Source: Promethearchaeati archaeon SRVP18_Atabeyarchaeia-1
Lineage (GTDB): Archaea; Asgardarchaeota; Atabeyarchaeia; Atabeyarchaeales; Atabeyarchaeaceae
Direction: 5' to 3'
Assembly (NCBI GenBank): GCA_037308085.1
Contig: CP147779.1
Coordinates: 1,952,001-2,016,000, forward strand
DNA: 64,000 nucleotides
The notes below the pieces were generated by a model that saw only the letters and a list, made by a program, of their open reading frames with translations, was not told where the DNA came from and searched no databases. Positions 49,495-60,347 of the stretch are shown one piece after another. How positions within the stretch are numbered: position 1 is the first letter of the stretch; every line of letters begins with the position of its first letter. Position numbers and translations under genes: made by a program.

Positions 49495-50454
49495 TCACTT
49501 TTTCACTAGTCTGATCAGTTCCTCCTTCGTCAAGATCTTGTCATACCTTTCCTTGACTCTGTCCCTGCTCATTATTCCAAATCTGACTTGGTTCAGGAAG
49601 TCTTGGAAGTCAGGGTTCATCGTCGCAAGCTTATTGATCATGTCCCAGTCCAGGTACTCCTTATGCTTTGCAGGGTACACGATTTCAGAGGAGTCTGGGT
49701 CTTCTACATCCAATTTTATGACTCCAATCCCAAATGACGTCGACAGTCTTTTGAGGTTGCTTTGAAAGTCTTCATCAGTGGAGATCTCGGAAGCCACAAG
49801 ATAACCTTCATTTGCCCAAGATGAGTTTGACACTGTCTGGAAGAAGTATTCCCTCAGATTAGAGAAGTCTAGCTCGCGCTTTATCTCGAATGAATATAGC
49901 TTCACCGGAATGTTTCCTGTTTCTTTGCTGAACTCGAGTACCTCCCTTTTCCACTCCTCAAGCGGGAACCAGCAGCCAACCATGTCAGGATGAACCCATT
50001 CTCCAAACTCCTTCTTGTCTGACTTGGTGTGTTCGATTGTTTTTGTGTAAGCTCTAAGATAGTAGAACGCGAAGTATGCCAGTAAAGGATGTAGGTCCTT
50101 TTCTAGGTAGGTGAGCCTTTTTGGCGGCAGGGCTGATCTCATAGTATGCTCTTCGATGAGCTTCTCCAACTCGTCAGCGTCCTTCACAAGGGATCTGAGG
50201 TAGAACCTTGTTGGCCCTGAGCCCACTTTGACGAACGGACTATCCTCCCTGTCTCTGATACTGACATAGATCTTGGCTTCAATTGTCCTCCAAGGAGTCT
50301 TCCCCTGGGAACCTACGTTCTTGTCGTATCCTTTGCTTTTCGCCAGCTCCCAGATTTCTTCTGGGGATAAGGGTTTCTTCTCCTCTTCTACAACCTTCTT
50401 TGCTAACTCAGTGAAAGTCCACTTATCCAAGGCTTCCCTCCTCCAGGCAGTCAT
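49495..50454 (-). CDS. HARE-HTH plus restriction-endonuclease-fold protein (COG2958/HrgA-like)
   Basis: GKTPWRTI (HARE-HTH); EKDLHP, WVHPDMVG, SFEIK, FFQTVSNSSWANEGYLV. Confidence 0.85.
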   Translation of the reverse strand: MTAWRREALDKWTFTELAKKVVEEEKKPLSPEEIWELAKSKGYDKNVGSQGKTPWRTIEAKIYVSIRDREDSPFVKVGSGPTRFYLRSLVKDADELEKLIEEHTMRSALPPKRLTYLEKDLHPLLAYFAFYYLRAYTKTIEHTKSDKKEFGEWVHPDMVGCWFPLEEWKREVLEFSKETGNIPVKLYSFEIKRELDFSNLREYFFQTVSNSSWANEGYLVASEISTDEDFQSNLKRLSTSFGIGVIKLDVEDPDSSEIVYPAKHKEYLDWDMINKLATMNPDFQDFLNQVRFGIMSRDRVKERYDKILTKEELIRLVKK

Positions 50455-50505
50455 AGGTCTTCAAGGTAGCTTGTATGCATGACTCACTATAAGAATCTTG
50501 AGAGC

Positions 50506-51135
50506 CTACCGCCTCCGCCTCTGATAAAGTATCGATTTCTCCCAGTCATTTCCGTACATCATTCTCAACTCTTCCTGATTTTTCGTCCACAAGCTCTCAA
50601 AGTGAGATATTGACTCTTTGAATGCCTCAGGAGAGAACTTTCTAATTGTGTGCGTGGAATTCCCAAGCGCGTCACGCTTCAAGTCGGCTCCTATATCGAT
50701 GAAGAATGATTCTTTGGAACCTATCCATCGCTCATGGACCTTATTTATCTTTGAGATTTCGAAGTGTGGTCTGTCCCTAGCACATGTTTCCGCGTTTCTG
50801 AGGCATTTGTTGAGGTCCTTTATGGCAGAAGTAATAATACGTATTCCAGAGGATTTCGGTATTGAGTCTAAATAGCCAAAAGTTGTCTTGTCGATAAAGT
50901 CCAGCTCGGCAATCACGTCCCCAGAAAGCTGTTCAAACCACTTTTCGATGCTGTTCTCTGCCTTGTTTTTCTGACCTTTGTTGATTATGGATTCATCCCC
51001 CAAGGTTACATTCGGGTTTGCCGTGGGCTGCTTTAGCTCTTGAATTCTTTGCATTATCCTGCCTTCCATTTCCCGCAGGTATGCCAGAACAGAATCTCTG
51101 CCAAGTGCCTTTGACGGCAGCTCCGCTTCGCTCAA
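50506..51135 (-). CDS. Hypothetical protein, possible PLD-like nuclease (HER motif)
   Basis: LDFID...IRIIT...VHERWI...IGADL...FESLW resembles HDR-type PLD folds; 4-bp overlap with the upstream gene. Confidence 0.5.
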   Translation of the reverse strand: MSEAELPSKALGRDSVLAYLREMEGRIMQRIQELKQPTANPNVTLGDESIINKGQKNKAENSIEKWFEQLSGDVIAELDFIDKTTFGYLDSIPKSSGIRIITSAIKDLNKCLRNAETCARDRPHFEISKINKVHERWIGSKESFFIDIGADLKRDALGNSTHTIRKFSPEAFKESISHFESLWTKNQEELRMMYGNDWEKSILYQRRRR

Positions 51136-52307
51136 CGTGAATTGCCCCTCCCGCTTGAATAGTGAACGAGAGCATCGCGCAACCGCCTGATCTCGTCCAC
51201 AGTTTTCTTTAGTGCTTCTGCATCGCTCTGTTCACCTATGGGAATTTTGTAGTCAGTCGCATCCTCGATCGGAAACAGAATTGGAACAGGCATCTCTCGT
51301 ACAGCAAAGAGATTGACATGCATGATCGTTGCTCCATGTGCCAGTTCTCCAAGTTGTCTTCGAAACACCTTATTCAGCGTGTCACTCCGCAGATAGTCGA
51401 AAAGGAACCCTGAACCAACCTCCTTTGATTTTATTACAAAGAAGTTATTTGAGGCAACTGCTGGAACATCCTCTTTTTTCACGGCCACCATTTTCTCAAA
51501 ATCAAAAATGTTTTGTAGCAGTATATCTCCTGGAGCCAAGATACTCTTTGGATTCTTTTCTGCCAGTGCTCGAGATACGAATACCGGCGCCTTCTGAATT
51601 CTCCCGTCTTTGATGTCGCGGGGTCTTATGAACCTGTACTCGCCTTTATCTGACAGATCGGTTGACGAGTAGTGGGCACCCGTGAAAACGTCGGCAAGAT
51701 CCTTCAGTTTCATTGACCAAGCTCCGTAGGAATACGTTGGCTTCTGCAGGCCAAGGTGTCTGAGAACACTCGGACTCGTGAGGAAGGGGTTAGTGGCGCT
51801 CAGACCTATGATCGCTGATCGCAGACCATCAATCATCTTCCAGTCTTTCTCGGTCAGCATGTGACATTCATCAAGGAAGACCACGTCAAAGAAATCAGGT
51901 GGCAGAGATGATGCCAATTTATGAAGATCACTGGGCAACGCCAAAAGGATTTGCATGCCAACGTGGCTCTCTTGCAGAGTGCTTCTTGCAGATCTTGCCA
52001 GGACAGTCACTCTGACACTCTGAAGCGAGCGTTTCGAGAACAACATGGAGAACTGGTCCAAGATCTCGTTTCTTGGCGCAACTAACAGGGCATGCTTGAT
52101 CTTCTGTTCCCCGAACAATCCCTCTAGTGCCTCAACAACGATTACCGAACGTCCTAACCCTGCGGCAATTGACAGGAGAATCTTTTCCTTCGAGATTGAT
52201 GCCTTCCTAACAACGTCTATGCAGAATTTCTGAAACCAAAAGAGCGTGATGCTTGCCAAGGTGTGCCGCCCCCTCACATGCGCAATCAACAATGAGTCTT
52301 CAGTCAT
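51132..52307 (-). CDS. Fusion of a degenerate SF2 (ResIII-like) RecA1 domain and one HsdS-like target recognition domain
   Basis: IAAGLGRS, LDECH, LSAT, then KLKDLADV...GDILL...FLFDYLRS...GATIMH..MPVP. Confidence 0.7.
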   Translation of the reverse strand: MTEDSLLIAHVRGRHTLASITLFWFQKFCIDVVRKASISKEKILLSIAAGLGRSVIVVEALEGLFGEQKIKHALLVAPRNEILDQFSMLFSKRSLQSVRVTVLARSARSTLQESHVGMQILLALPSDLHKLASSLPPDFFDVVFLDECHMLTEKDWKMIDGLRSAIIGLSATNPFLTSPSVLRHLGLQKPTYSYGAWSMKLKDLADVFTGAHYSSTDLSDKGEYRFIRPRDIKDGRIQKAPVFVSRALAEKNPKSILAPGDILLQNIFDFEKMVAVKKEDVPAVASNNFFVIKSKEVGSGFLFDYLRSDTLNKVFRRQLGELAHGATIMHVNLFAVREMPVPILFPIEDATDYKIPIGEQSDAEALKKTVDEIRRLRDALVHYSSGRGNSR

Positions 52308-52369
52308 GGAAATATAAAGGTTTGTTCCCTTTGGTTCGCAGATCGCGGCTGAACAACATCCTCGGCAGC

Positions 52370-52909
52370 CTAATGTCTTGCGTCAAGGAACCGCAGAATT
52401 TCTCCCACAATCGCGTCGAGATGGTCTGGATCTCTTATCTCGGTAATCACAGCCTTACCAGATGCAAAAAGCAGAACGGTAATCTCTGGTAGTTCAGCCA
52501 ACTTGCAGATCGCCCCGGGGAACTGCTCAGGCTCATAGACAACCTCACCAGACTTCTTGGCGAGCTCATTCAGATCCAGAGTCCTCCCGAAATCCACGGT
52601 CGCGACAGCATTCCTAACCCTCATACTAATAGGAACGAACTTGGCTAGGCCTGCTTCAGCGAGGATATGTATTGCTGACTCCAGATCGCTAGTCGCTTCC
52701 CTACTGCTTCTGGTTCCAACGCTGATCATCTTGCCGCTGGAAAAGATTGTTACTCTACCCTTCATGGCTGGAGCCTTCAGATACGCTACGCGCCCTCCAT
52801 AGTACATGTCATCGTGTAGGCCGTACTTCAGATCGCCAATCTTATCCAGATCCACATTCTGCTTCAATTCGGCTGTAGCAACTACATTGACAAGATTCGC
52901 TTCGACCAT
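52370..52909 (-). CDS. tbp: TATA-box binding protein (divergent copy)
   Basis: Two repeats: NVVAT...IFSSGKMISVG and NAVAT...YEPEQFPG...LFASGKAVIT. Confidence 0.9.
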   Translation of the reverse strand: MVEANLVNVVATAELKQNVDLDKIGDLKYGLHDDMYYGGRVAYLKAPAMKGRVTIFSSGKMISVGTRSSREATSDLESAIHILAEAGLAKFVPISMRVRNAVATVDFGRTLDLNELAKKSGEVVYEPEQFPGAICKLAELPEITVLLFASGKAVITEIRDPDHLDAIVGEILRFLDARH

Positions 52910-52951
52910 ACGGCTTAGATCTCCTGAGTTTGAACGTGCGTAATGGTACTG

Positions 52952-53284
52952 TTAAGGGTTCAGAAGGGGTACTGAGAGGGCATCTTCGTGTTCGGCCAAG
53001 AGTCTCTTTCCGTCGTCGAACCTTGGGTAGATTGTCTCCACGATCTTCCAGTAGCTTTTCCCGTGCTTCTTGCTGATGGTGTGCGCTACTTCATGGGCAA
53101 TTACGTACTTGAGGGCGTTCTTCGGCAAGACGATTGCGTTGAGCTTCACTGGAACGCTTCTCCCGACAAGCTTGGCTATCCGCCCTTTCTTGCCGTCTAT
53201 TCTCTCAACAATATTGAGGCCCAAGGTTCCGCAGGCCTCAACTTTACTATGTTGGGTTAGATACATCTGATTATGGGCGCCCAA
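52952..53284 (-). pseudogene. YgjP/DUF45 (M48) metalloprotease C-terminal remnant
   Basis: YVIAHEVAH...KHGKSYW; N-terminal two thirds missing. Confidence 0.7.
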
Positions 53285-53521
53285 GGCTCCCCAAAGAAGG
53301 TACTCATACCTATGAAACCCCAGCCTTGGTCACAGACATCCTCTATTCGAAAGTTCTATAGCTACCACCTTGGGCGCCTAATAACTTCGCAACTATTTGG
53401 CGCAAGACCCTGATTTTGGAGGCTGGACGACACTAGGGATAAATCCTGTTTCTGAACATGTATCTAGACGGAAAGCCGCAGCGGCGAAAATGTTGGCAGA
53501 GCGGTCTGCTGGTGAAAGGAT

Positions 53522-54403
53522 ATGGTTGAGCCGATTGCATATGATCATGTTTGGCAGAAGTTCGAGATAGAAATCTACAGGCTGGTCAAACAGAGTTTGA
53601 CAGGTAAATTCAAGGTAGACTGGCATTATGAGCTGGAAATGCCTACGCCAAACGGAATTGAGAAGTCGACACCAGATGTTCTTGCTTTAATACAGTGTCT
53701 AGGATGCGAGGACACAAAAGATTATTACCCGTGCCTGATTCCAGCCATCATTTTCGATGCTCACTGCGCTTTCAGAACTGAGGGAAAGTTCTTTGAGGAG
53801 AAGAATAAGCAGATGAAGAAGTACTCGCGGATATGTGACTCGATTCTCATAATGCCACAGGGATATGAACAAATGCCGTACTGCAAAAGCAAAGGTGGTG
53901 AGTACCACATAATCAGCAAACATTACTTATCTTTGCTCTTAGAATCTATCATGAGTGAGGCAAAGATAGGAAGGGAGGAAGATGTCTGTGGTGAGAGACC
54001 GACGTTTGACTCCACGAACGTTTATAGGCACTTCGAGCTCTCCATTCGCAAAAGAATCGACAGATGCCCAGCATGCAATTCGGAAGTCTTCCCGATCTCC
54101 TTGATATACTGCTCGAACAATAATGAATTCCTTCACCCAGACTTCCTAGACTATGAAGAAGTGAGGAATGGTGTGGTGATGCCCACGCACTGTGAATGCA
54201 AAGGCTGTGATGCTCATGAAATGCTTGATCAAAACTACGAAAACTGCGACTACTCAACCGTAGAGAGCAAGTACCAATGTAGAGAATGTGGCGCAGTTAT
54301 TGACTCTGACGTTCAAAGCATCATACAGAATTTCAGTCCGAGCCAAATTGATGAGATAGAGGATTTCCCTTATTATGAGGAACTGCACAAGAAGCACCAT
54401 TGA
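53522..54403 (+). CDS. Mrr-like nuclease fold with Cys-rich Zn-finger C-terminus
   Basis: FE...PD...FDAH...QMKKY; multiple CxxC. Confidence 0.6.
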   Translation: MVEPIAYDHVWQKFEIEIYRLVKQSLTGKFKVDWHYELEMPTPNGIEKSTPDVLALIQCLGCEDTKDYYPCLIPAIIFDAHCAFRTEGKFFEEKNKQMKKYSRICDSILIMPQGYEQMPYCKSKGGEYHIISKHYLSLLLESIMSEAKIGREEDVCGERPTFDSTNVYRHFELSIRKRIDRCPACNSEVFPISLIYCSNNNEFLHPDFLDYEEVRNGVVMPTHCECKGCDAHEMLDQNYENCDYSTVESKYQCRECGAVIDSDVQSIIQNFSPSQIDEIEDFPYYEELHKKHH

Positions 54404-54625
54404 AGGACCTCTTCGTGGTCGCGCATCCTAGGTTTTCGCATTTTCGTTCTTCATCAGACCCTTTCATGATTCGATAGGAAGATCGAGCACCAAGCTTCCA
54501 GTGATGGGCATATTCCCAGAGCGAACCTTCACGGATGACTTGAGGGTGAGGGGATCAGCCATGATGCAATTCAAGATTAGACCGGATTCGTTCTGTGCGG
54601 ATAGAGTGGGTGCCCAGCGTCTCTG

Positions 54626-55970
54626 TCAGAGGCAGACGCTATTCTCCTGTGTATCGCTGTGAGATCCTCTGGAGGGCAGCTTCTTCTGAAAATCGTATAC
54701 CGTAACTAGGTAGTTTGGAGAAACCATCTTAGCAAGTCTCTCGCTTGTTCTCGGTTCAGTGTATCTGTCTAGAGCTTGGAAACCGAGTGCTGCAAGGATT
54801 CCTACGCCCGGCAGCGCAGATGCAAGCCCACCAATGAGTCCTATGAGCGCAGATACTCCATACGATATGAAGCCTCTCTTGTGGCTGATATTCCTCGCAT
54901 CTCTCCAGATGCTATCAAGGATAGTCGATAACTCATGGCTGTTCTTCTCGACTACGTCAATTCTCCTTCCTTTTACCCCGCTAGGGAGTGCTTCTGTAAC
55001 TCTAAGCAACTGGTGGTCTTCATAGTCTTGTATCATTCTGCAGCAACTCTCGAAGGTCGTTGGATAGTGAATCACTTTGTTTAACACGAATCTGCCTATC
55101 TCATACACACTATCATCCGGTGTCCTCAAGTGATGTCTACCCAGGGTCCTTCGCATACCAGCCAGGAATTCTAGCCTGTAGTTGACGGTCAGTTTAAGTG
55201 GATCGACCGCTGGATAGTACAGACACCCAACAGCGACAAGCAAATCTAGCGCGTGGGTCGGATCATCAACGATCGCTTCTGTTACTTCTTCGATCAGTTT
55301 CTTGCTTCCGAACGACTTGGCTAGACTGTAGTATACGCGGTAATTGTGGATGATTCTGTCGGGTGGATACCATTTGGCTTGCTCCGAGCGCTCTATTTCC
55401 TGCTGAAATCCCAGGCCTGCCAATGTGTCGAATTCAGCCTGCCAATGTGTCGAATTCAGTGAAGTATTGCTTGACTCGCTTGGGTTTGAGGAGTACAGCG
55501 AATGAAGTAGGGGCGATTGGAGGCTTCAGCTCTTCAAAAAGGGGTCTGAGAAATTCAAGACTCTGATATCTTGTTGGCCGTTGAGTAAGAACAAACTGCA
55601 GTCTACCCGTTTGTTTGACGAAATCAATCAGTCTGTCAAGATCCTTGGATGTAAAGCCCGTTTCGCGATAAAGGTTGTCAAAACTCCTCCTGTCATTAGT
55701 TGGCTCTAATTGAATGACTGTTGAACCGTAGAAGGGGATGACACCCCACATTGAGAGACCGATGTTAATCCCTGCCAAGTGCTCCCTTGCATTTATGAAT
55801 CTCGCTAAGGGCGGGTATCTCTCAATCATACCTTTCTTGGCTTTTACCAAGAATCTGTCTAACTCTTCCTTCTCTCTATTGTCATAATCCAGGAGGAAAT
55901 CGTTGAATTCATTCATTTCATTCACCAAATGCTCTCGTTGATTTGTCCTTGCTATCGGTAACTGCCTCAA
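54626..55970 (-). pseudogene. Single ~440-aa hypothetical gene split by a 22-bp tandem duplication
   Basis: GCCTGCCAATGTGTCGAATTCA occurs twice (55415-55458); removing one copy joins ...FTEFDTLAG|LGFQQE. Confidence 0.8.
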
Positions 55971-56268
55971 CTATGATTCAAAGCAGACTGATATCTTTGC
56001 ATCATCTGCGACTTGGACGGGCATTATTCAAGCCCTTCCAGCCTCCTCTCCGATCTGGTGTTGCGACTTGCGTTCCATTTGCACGTCACAGATTGAGAAC
56101 CGCGTTAATCTTAATAAAGTGTTTCAAGATATGTCACTCCAGACTGCATAAAGGGAGGGTCTAAGCGCGTCAAGATAAGAGACGGCTAAAGGATCAGTTA
56201 TGGCCAGCATTTGAGCGAATAAAGCGACTATGTTTTGTTCAGTAAGAACTTGCCTGAGGTAGATCAAA

Positions 56269-58938
56269 GTGGCAGGGATTGATGAGGACACGACTCGAAG
56301 AGAACTGGTCGAAAGAGCGCTACGAGATGCAAGATGGCCAGTCCTGGACTACTCTGGGAGCAAGAGTTACCGTACCGCCGCCGTGAGAGAGTATGAGACC
56401 GCACACGGACCAGCCGATTATATCCTGTTCTATGAGAGCGAAGCTCTTGCAGCGGTAGAGGCGAAGCGACTTGGTCTGGGCCCTCAAAATGTACTATCTC
56501 AGGCTAAGAGGTACGCAAAAGGCTATCAAGGAGGAAGTTTCGTTTTTGGTGAATTCCATCTCCCATTCATCTATTCCACCAACGGAATAAAGTTCTGGTT
56601 CCAAGATCTGAGACAAGAGACATCACGGTCACGTGAGATCTCAAAGTTCCACACCCCACTTGCGCTCAAAGAAATGCTCAATAATGACAGCACAGCTGCA
56701 GCCGAGTGGCTTCAACAGAACCCCAACGACAATCCGTTCCTGAGACCCTACCAGCGAGAATCAATAGCGGCAATCGAGTACGCCGTCCGAATGGGAAAAC
56801 GGAAGATGCTACTTGCGATGGCCACAGGAACAGGGAAGACCTTCGTGGCAGTGTCACTGATCTATAGGCTACTCAAGTCGGGCTTCGCCAAGAGAATCCT
56901 GTTCCTTGTTGACAGGCGTGCACTTGCCGCACAGGCTGTCGGTGCGTTTGCAGCCTTTGAGCCTGAGCCGGGTCTGAAGTTCGACCGTATCTACGAAGTC
57001 TACAGCCAGAGATTCAGAAGAGAAGATCTGCTCGAAGAGTCAAGTAAGTTCGATATTAATGTCATCCCTAATGAGTACCTGACTGATCCAAAGCCACATC
57101 ACTCTTTTGTCTACATCTGCACAATACAGAGGATGATGATTAACCTGTTTGGGAAAGCTTCAGTCTTCGAGCAGACCTCAGGTGAGCTCGAGGACGAGAG
57201 CGACGCGGACATCCTCCCCGTACCCATTCACGCGTTTGACTTCATAGTCGCCGATGAATGCCACAGAGGCTACACCTCAACCGAGGAAGGCAAGTGGCGA
57301 GAGGTTCTCGAGCACTTTGATGCCATCAAAATCGGTCTAACAGCTACGCCAGCTGCGCACACGACGGCCTACTTCGAAGACATAGTCTACAGGTACGACT
57401 ACGAGAGAGCCGTCCGCGAAGGCTATCTCGTCGACTACGACGCTATAGATATCAAGTCAGACATCACGATGAAGGGTCTCTTCCTGAAAGAAGGCGAAGA
57501 AATAACTTACATAGACAGAACGTCGGGTGTATCATCGTATGATGTGTTGGAGGACGAGCGCACGTTCGAGACGAACGAATTAGAGCAAAAAGCAGCAGCA
57601 CCCGACAGAAACCGGAGAATAGTAAAAGAGGTCGCCACGTACATAAGAAAGCAGGAGGAGGAACTGGGGCGCTTCCCAAAGACCCTGGTTTTTGCAGTCA
57701 ACGACCTGCCACACGTTTCCCATGCTGACCAACTGGTCAATATACTCAGAGACGAATTCGGCAGGGGAGATGCATTCGTCGAGAAGATCACCGGGAGCCC
57801 AACCGTCGACAGACCATTACAGAGAATACGAGAATTCAGAAATAGACCGCTCCCCGCGGTAGCAGTAACCGTCGACATGCTGACGACGGGAGTCGACATA
57901 CCCAAACTCGAAAACCTGGTATTCCTTCGACCAGTCAAATCGCGTATCCTGTTCACGCAGATGCTTGGACGGGGCACAAGGAAGTGCCAAGACATCAATA
58001 AGACCCACTTCACCGTATATGACTGCTTCGATGGGACGCTGCTCGAATACTTCAGAAGAGCAACCGAGTTCACGGCAGACCCCCCAACCAAACCCACACG
58101 GGCCTGGCGTGAAATCATCGACAGCATATATGGAAACAAGGACCGACAATACAATGCCAAGGTCCTCATTAGGAGGCTCAGGAGGATTGAAAAAGACGTC
58201 TCGGCGGAAGGCAGGGAGATGTTCGCAAAGTTTATTCCGGATGGCGATGTCGGAAGCTTCGCGCAATCGCTTCCCGAACGACTCCAGACTGATTGGACTA
58301 ATACAATGCTGATGCTAAGAAACCCCGAATTTCAGAACCTGCTGGAGGACTATCCGCGGGCCGACAAAACATTCGTTGTCGCTCAAATGGCTCAAGACAC
58401 GGTGACTTCGGAATACATGTTCAGAACCAACGATGGAAAAGCACTGAAACCAGAGGACTACCTCATAGCATTCGAGAGATTTGTCAAAGAGAATCCCGAC
58501 CACATCGAAGCTCTAAGGCTTTTGCTCAACAAACCAAAGGATTTCGGGACTCGCGAGCTGAGCGACCTCAGAAAGAAGCTTGAGGCTCGACCCGAGCACT
58601 TCACAGAGGAAAACTTACGCAAAGCATATCATAACGAACTTGCAGACGTAATATCAATCATCCGACACGCGGCAGCGGGCGAGCCACTCCTAACAGCAGA
58701 GGAACGAGTGGATCGAGCAATCGCAAAGATCAAGGGCAACAAGAAATTCAACCCAGAACAAGAGAAGTGGCTTGAATTAGTTCGAAACCACTCAATCAGA
58801 GAACTACTCTTGGAGGAGCGAGACTTCAATCTGCTACCGTTCTCCAGACATGGAGGGTGGTACAAGGCAAACGCTGTATTTCAGGGTGAACTGATTGCGC
58901 TTATCCATGAGATCAATGCACAGGTGATAACTGCATGA
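56269..58938 (+). CDS. hsdR: Type I restriction subunit R (EcoEI-like)
   Basis: PADY...VEAK, MATGTGKT, DECHR, LTATP, QMLGRGTR. Confidence 0.93.
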   Translation: MAGIDEDTTRRELVERALRDARWPVLDYSGSKSYRTAAVREYETAHGPADYILFYESEALAAVEAKRLGLGPQNVLSQAKRYAKGYQGGSFVFGEFHLPFIYSTNGIKFWFQDLRQETSRSREISKFHTPLALKEMLNNDSTAAAEWLQQNPNDNPFLRPYQRESIAAIEYAVRMGKRKMLLAMATGTGKTFVAVSLIYRLLKSGFAKRILFLVDRRALAAQAVGAFAAFEPEPGLKFDRIYEVYSQRFRREDLLEESSKFDINVIPNEYLTDPKPHHSFVYICTIQRMMINLFGKASVFEQTSGELEDESDADILPVPIHAFDFIVADECHRGYTSTEEGKWREVLEHFDAIKIGLTATPAAHTTAYFEDIVYRYDYERAVREGYLVDYDAIDIKSDITMKGLFLKEGEEITYIDRTSGVSSYDVLEDERTFETNELEQKAAAPDRNRRIVKEVATYIRKQEEELGRFPKTLVFAVNDLPHVSHADQLVNILRDEFGRGDAFVEKITGSPTVDRPLQRIREFRNRPLPAVAVTVDMLTTGVDIPKLENLVFLRPVKSRILFTQMLGRGTRKCQDINKTHFTVYDCFDGTLLEYFRRATEFTADPPTKPTRAWREIIDSIYGNKDRQYNAKVLIRRLRRIEKDVSAEGREMFAKFIPDGDVGSFAQSLPERLQTDWTNTMLMLRNPEFQNLLEDYPRADKTFVVAQMAQDTVTSEYMFRTNDGKALKPEDYLIAFERFVKENPDHIEALRLLLNKPKDFGTRELSDLRKKLEARPEHFTEENLRKAYHNELADVISIIRHAAAGEPLLTAEERVDRAIAKIKGNKKFNPEQEKWLELVRNHSIRELLLEERDFNLLPFSRHGGWYKANAVFQGELIALIHEINAQVITA

Positions 58939-60347
58939 GCGAAGTCGTGACGAAACTATGGGGATTCTGCAACACCCTAAGGCACGACGGCATAGGATAC
59001 GGCGACTACATCGAACAGCTAACATACCTGCTCTTCCTGAAACTCGCCGGAGAGAAAGGAGTAAAACTCCCAGGAGGCTGCACATGGAAAGACCTCAGAG
59101 CAAAATCAGGATCAGAACTACTCGACGCCTATATCGAAATTCTGCGCACCCTCTCAAGACAGAAGGGGATGCTCAAAGACATTTTTTCCGGCTCATTGTC
59201 AAAATTCCGAGAACCAGTGAACCTCAAACGCTTAATCGGACTCATAGATGAAACACAATGGACCGCGCTAGATGTCGATATCAAGGCACAGGCGTACGAA
59301 GGGCTCCTCCAGAAATATGCCTCTGAAGAAAAGGGAGCTGGACAGTATTTCACCCCTCGAGAAGCTATAAGGTGTGTGATTCGTTGCATAAGGCCAGATA
59401 TCATGGAAAAACCAGACTTCTCAATACATGATCCCGCCTTGGGCACTGCGGGTTTCCTGATCGGCGCGTATGAATGGATGATGGCTGAGACAAAGGAGGG
59501 AGCCCAACTTAGCAGGGAGGAACGGGAGCGTCTGCAGAAACATACATTCTCTGGATGCGAAATAGTCCAAGATACTCGTAGACTGGGACTCATGAACCTT
59601 TATCTGCATGAAATCGAAGCAGACATCTACTATGGAGACGCTCTAGCTGAAGGCCCCCACCTGTCAAAACGACACGATTGCATAATGACGAACCCACCAT
59701 TCGGGACAAAGGGTGCAGGAGAAATCCCCGTCCGTGAAGATTTCACGGTCAAGACGTCGAACAAGCAAATTAACTTTCTTCAGCATGTCATCATATCTCT
59801 GAAGCCTGGCGGGAGGGCGGCGATTGTGCTGCCAGATAACGTCCTTTTTGAGGAACATGCCGGTAGGCAAGTGAGAAAGCTTCTTCTGGCTGATTGTGAA
59901 CTCCACACAATTCTTAGACTGCCGATAGGCACGTTCACACCCTATTCATCGGGCGTCAAAGCTAACATCTTGTTCTTCCGCAAAGGCTCACCTACAAAAG
60001 AGATCTGGATCTACGACCTTCGAACCAATACTGAAAAGGTAACGATACGACATTCGCTGACCGCGAACTACTTCATGGATTTTGAAGCATGCTACAGCAT
60101 GAATCCGCGTAAGGAAACTGAAAGGTTCAAGCGATTCAGAGTCGAAGACATAATCAATCGGAACTATAGTCTTGACATTTCATGGCTGAGAGATGCGACT
60201 TCTGAGGATCCAACGAATCTTCCTGATCCTGAAGACTTGATTGGCGAAGCTTTAACGACTCTTCAAGTAGCTGTGGACGCTCTGACAGAACTGACCGCTA
60301 ATCTTGGTAGGAATAGTGCTAAGAACAAGGTCGAAAGAAATGGATGA
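58935..60347 (+). CDS. hsdM: Type I methyltransferase subunit M
   Basis: GQYFTPR, DPALGTAGFL, TNPPF. Confidence 0.94.
   Translation: MSEVVTKLWGFCNTLRHDGIGYGDYIEQLTYLLFLKLAGEKGVKLPGGCTWKDLRAKSGSELLDAYIEILRTLSRQKGMLKDIFSGSLSKFREPVNLKRLIGLIDETQWTALDVDIKAQAYEGLLQKYASEEKGAGQYFTPREAIRCVIRCIRPDIMEKPDFSIHDPALGTAGFLIGAYEWMMAETKEGAQLSREERERLQKHTFSGCEIVQDTRRLGLMNLYLHEIEADIYYGDALAEGPHLSKRHDCIMTNPPFGTKGAGEIPVREDFTVKTSNKQINFLQHVIISLKPGGRAAIVLPDNVLFEEHAGRQVRKLLLADCELHTILRLPIGTFTPYSSGVKANILFFRKGSPTKEIWIYDLRTNTEKVTIRHSLTANYFMDFEACYSMNPRKETERFKRFRVEDIINRNYSLDISWLRDATSEDPTNLPDPEDLIGEALTTLQVAVDALTELTANLGRNSAKNKVERNG

Noticed and set aside
56212-56238. GAGCGAATAA-AGCGAC-TATGT upstream of hsdR
   Set aside because: One base short of dif geometry and overlaps the probable promoter.
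57507-59593. Long antisense ORFs within hsdR/hsdM (and similar ones in tnpB, GRE and herA)
   Set aside because: Shadow frames of well-supported genes with no motifs of their own.
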